A stretch of DNA of 64,000 nt from Candidatus Omnitrophota bacterium (GTDB taxonomy: Bacteria; Omnitrophota; Gorgyraeia; Zapsychrales; Fredricksoniimonadaceae), in the NCBI GenBank assembly GCA_013286575.1, contig JABDFL010000002.1, forward strand, positions 11,143-75,142. Reading direction: 5' to 3'. Positions 61,976 through 64,000 of the stretch are shown piece after piece. The position numbers and the translations under genes are program-made. Under the pieces are notes generated by a model. That model was given only the letters and a program-made list of their open reading frames with translations, was not told the origin of the DNA and made no database searches. How positions within the stretch are numbered: the stretch's first letter is position 1; every line of letters begins with the position of its first letter.

Positions 61976-64000
61976 TTACTTCTCCTCACTTTGGGCTTTC
62001 TCGGTCTTGACCGGAATATTAAACATATAATTCGTCCCTTCCGTGACATCTATTTTATTTTGCAATTTTATAAGCGGCACCATGTTAAGCCCCAGGGTGT
62101 TGATATCGATAGAGATGGTATGTTCTCCGGGTTGGACTTTTCTGAAATAAAACGCCCCGTGGGAATCGCTGTGCTGGATGACTTTTCCGTCCAGGATCAC
62201 CTTGACCTTGCCGATGAATTGGTCACCCGAATCAGGTATACCGCTGCCGTTTCGATCCACAAAGACGATGCCATAAATCCCTGTCTGGCTGATCAAACCG
62301 AAATCAGCGTGACTTGTACGGCCTTGAATGATCTCAATATTCAAGGTTTGCGGGGTCGAAAAAATAAGCCCGCCGGGAATAGTATCCAGTACCGGGACCA
62401 CATCCACCCTCTTAGCGCGTATCTTTATATGGTAACGCCCGTATTGGTCTGTGGTGGCTTCTTTATCGCCGACCTTGATCTTAACACCCGGGATGCCTTC
62501 ATCCCCCGGAGCAAAGCGGCCGTCGCCGTTGCGGTCCTTAAATACAATCCCTGACACAGTGCCCAGAGGGTCCCAATACGTTGCCCCTCCAAAAGTAATT
62601 TTCACACCCAAATGGACTTCGAAATCATCATAGGAAGGGTCTCCTATATGGGACAAAACCTGGCTTGCGTCACAGTCACCGAAAAAATTCACATCCGGTG
62701 TGGGGTTATAGTTAAAACCGGCAGTCACAATCACGCTTTGTTCTCCGGAAAGAAAACTATTACTGCCGGATTTGACCCCCAGCTCGTCGTGATAATCCAA
62801 TTGGGAGGTAAAAGACAATTTGGGGTTGACCTGCTTGACATATTCGAGACCCGCATTGATGACACCGGGATTAGAATTACCGCCGGCATCAGGCTGGTCC
62901 AACCAATAATATTCATAGTTGGCATAGGTGGATATCTGATGGTTTAACGGCAGTTGAATACCGGCAATCACGTCCTCAGCGTCATAGTTGGAAATATCTG
63001 AACCTGAAGAATGGCTGTTTTGATAACCTGCCCCCCCGAAAACAGTACCCTGCAGGGAATTCCAGATGCCGAATCTCCTGGAAAGACGCTCATTAAAACC
63101 AAGACTGCTCGAAGGTGAAAGCTCTCCGGCCGTGTTCACATAATTAAAATCAGAATCACTCCAGAAATCAGGGTTTATATTTGCTTTCAGGTGCCCGTTG
63201 GCATCATAATTAAAAGCGTTGGGCGCATCGGGATTGGAATACAGATGGTCCTGGTACGCCTCAAGAAATGTACTCTCGGTATAATTCTTAAACTCTCCGT
63301 CGCTTGTCCACACAGCCCCTGTCTCTCCTTGGTAAGAAGGCAGGGTTGAAACAGTGGAATAATCTTTATCAATGCTCCTGAAATTAAGGCCTGTCTTAAA
63401 ATCCCGGTCCTCCCATTTCAAGGACGCCAGTGACGCATCATGGCTGCTGTCAGAGCCTTCTTCTGCATTCATGATAAGGTTCTCGTTAAACTGGTGCTGT
63501 GCTTGCACGGAATAATTATGATCGGTTAAATACGCCGGATGGTCAGGGCCATAGGCCGTGGCAAAATTAAAAGAATATTGATCGTTGCTTTTAGGAAAAA
63601 GGGTTATTTTAGCGGCATCGACATAAGAATCGCTGAATTGGTTTCCGCCGATGGGAATAAACGCCAGCGGCTGTTGTTCCTGGCCTTCACTAATGGACAA
63701 ACCTAAAGTATCATCCATCAGATCAACATCTGCGAAAGCGCCTCTTAAGCGTGTGCTAGGCATGGTCAACGGTGATAAATACCTTAAAGCATCAAAACCG
63801 CGCAAATTAAAATCGTCCGTACCTTCAAGAGGAATGTGGCTTAAGCCTATCGTATACGTGTCAAACTCGGAAAATGAATCAACATCCGTGTAGCTTCCGG
63901 AAGTATCAAAAAAACCATAGGGGGTCTCGCCTTTAACAGCCAACGATTGGTCTAATTCATAGCTTTGACGTTTAAGACCGGGAATATTCTTTCCGGAATA
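61976..64000 (-). CDS. Large outer-membrane/secreted protein (5' end beyond the right edge) with beta-strand-rich region and two C-terminal SdrD-B/Cna-B-like Ig-fold domains
   Basis: The frame stays open from the track start (a TTG at 63943) to nt 64000 (...YSGKNIPGLKRQSYELDQS...). Aromatic-rich alternating pattern. Repeats GIVFKDRNGDGRFAPGDEGIPGVKIKV and GIVFVDRNGSGIPDSGDQFIGKVKVIL. Confidence 0.5.
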   Translation of the reverse strand, partial: YSGKNIPGLKRQSYELDQSLAVKGETPYGFFDTSGSYTDVDSFSEFDTYTIGLSHIPLEGTDDFNLRGFDALRYLSPLTMPSTRLRGAFADVDLMDDTLGLSISEGQEQQPLAFIPIGGNQFSDSYVDAAKITLFPKSNDQYSFNFATAYGPDHPAYLTDHNYSVQAQHQFNENLIMNAEEGSDSSHDASLASLKWEDRDFKTGLNFRSIDKDYSTVSTLPSYQGETGAVWTSDGEFKNYTESTFLEAYQDHLYSNPDAPNAFNYDANGHLKANINPDFWSDSDFNYVNTAGELSPSSSLGFNERLSRRFGIWNSLQGTVFGGAGYQNSHSSGSDISNYDAEDVIAGIQLPLNHQISTYANYEYYWLDQPDAGGNSNPGVINAGLEYVKQVNPKLSFTSQLDYHDELGVKSGSNSFLSGEQSVIVTAGFNYNPTPDVNFFGDCDASQVLSHIGDPSYDDFEVHLGVKITFGGATYWDPLGTVSGIVFKDRNGDGRFAPGDEGIPGVKIKVGDKEATTDQYGRYHIKIRAKRVDVVPVLDTIPGGLIFSTPQTLNIEIIQGRTSHADFGLISQTGIYGIVFVDRNGSGIPDSGDQFIGKVKVILDGKVIQHSDSHGAFYFRKVQPGEHTISIDINTLGLNMVPLIKLQNKIDVTEGTNYMFNIPVKTEKAQSEEK

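Noticed and set aside
1-64000. Search for tRNA, rRNA, CRISPR, transposase/integrase, phage or toxin-antitoxin/defence genes
   Set aside because: None of the intergenic gaps (all 280 nt or less) shows cloverleaf-like or repeat-spacer structure, and no ORF carries recombinase, nuclease-defence or phage hallmarks that I can recognise.

Overview
Bacterial chromosomal window with 54 protein-coding genes by my count (52 on the minus strand, 2 on the plus strand). Genes are packed into operons with many 4-nt ATGA stop/start overlaps and AGGAGG-type Shine-Dalgarno sites. I found no rRNA, tRNA, CRISPR array, transposase, integrase or prophage genes. Left to right: (i) a Kir-type channel gene (cut by the left edge, absent from the ORF track) co-oriented with a 646-aa unknown, an ELM1/DUF1022-family protein and a 2OG-Fe(II) oxygenase. 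(ii) A three-gene signalling unit with an amino-acid-permease-fused histidine kinase. (iii) An envelope/housekeeping operon (YceI, CcsB, CcsA, UppP, aquaporin, MbfA-type iron exporter, TauE). (iv) Two large two-component operons (16.9-24.9 kb and 30.1-40.3 kb) separated by an OtsA-OtsB-GH15 trehalose cluster. Across (ii) and (iv), 15 two-component genes (6 kinases carrying 7 kinase cores, 9 stand-alone response regulators) occupy about 22 kb, roughly a third of the window. The largest is a 1,807-aa soluble hybrid kinase built on about 12 tandem 92-aa (276-bp) HAMP units. (v) A cellulose-synthase-like exopolysaccharide operon: three TPR paralogues including a BcsC-like porin, a GT2 synthase without PilZ, GH8, and two small unknowns. 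(vi) Carbohydrate and central-metabolism genes: TreZ, SSADH next to an acetolactate-synthase-like ThDP enzyme, GT4, and a six-hairpin glycosidase-like protein. (vii) Stress/envelope genes: DUF892, an MMPL/RND exporter, lipoproteins, and a large outer-membrane protein running off the right edge. The most unusual non-coding signal is a fixed-length 40-nt AT-rich element with 11-bp-phased ATGAAA repeats. It occurs six times, always in the same orientation, just upstream of minus-strand genes for exported/envelope proteins. All functional calls rest on motif recognition by eye; no database search was possible.
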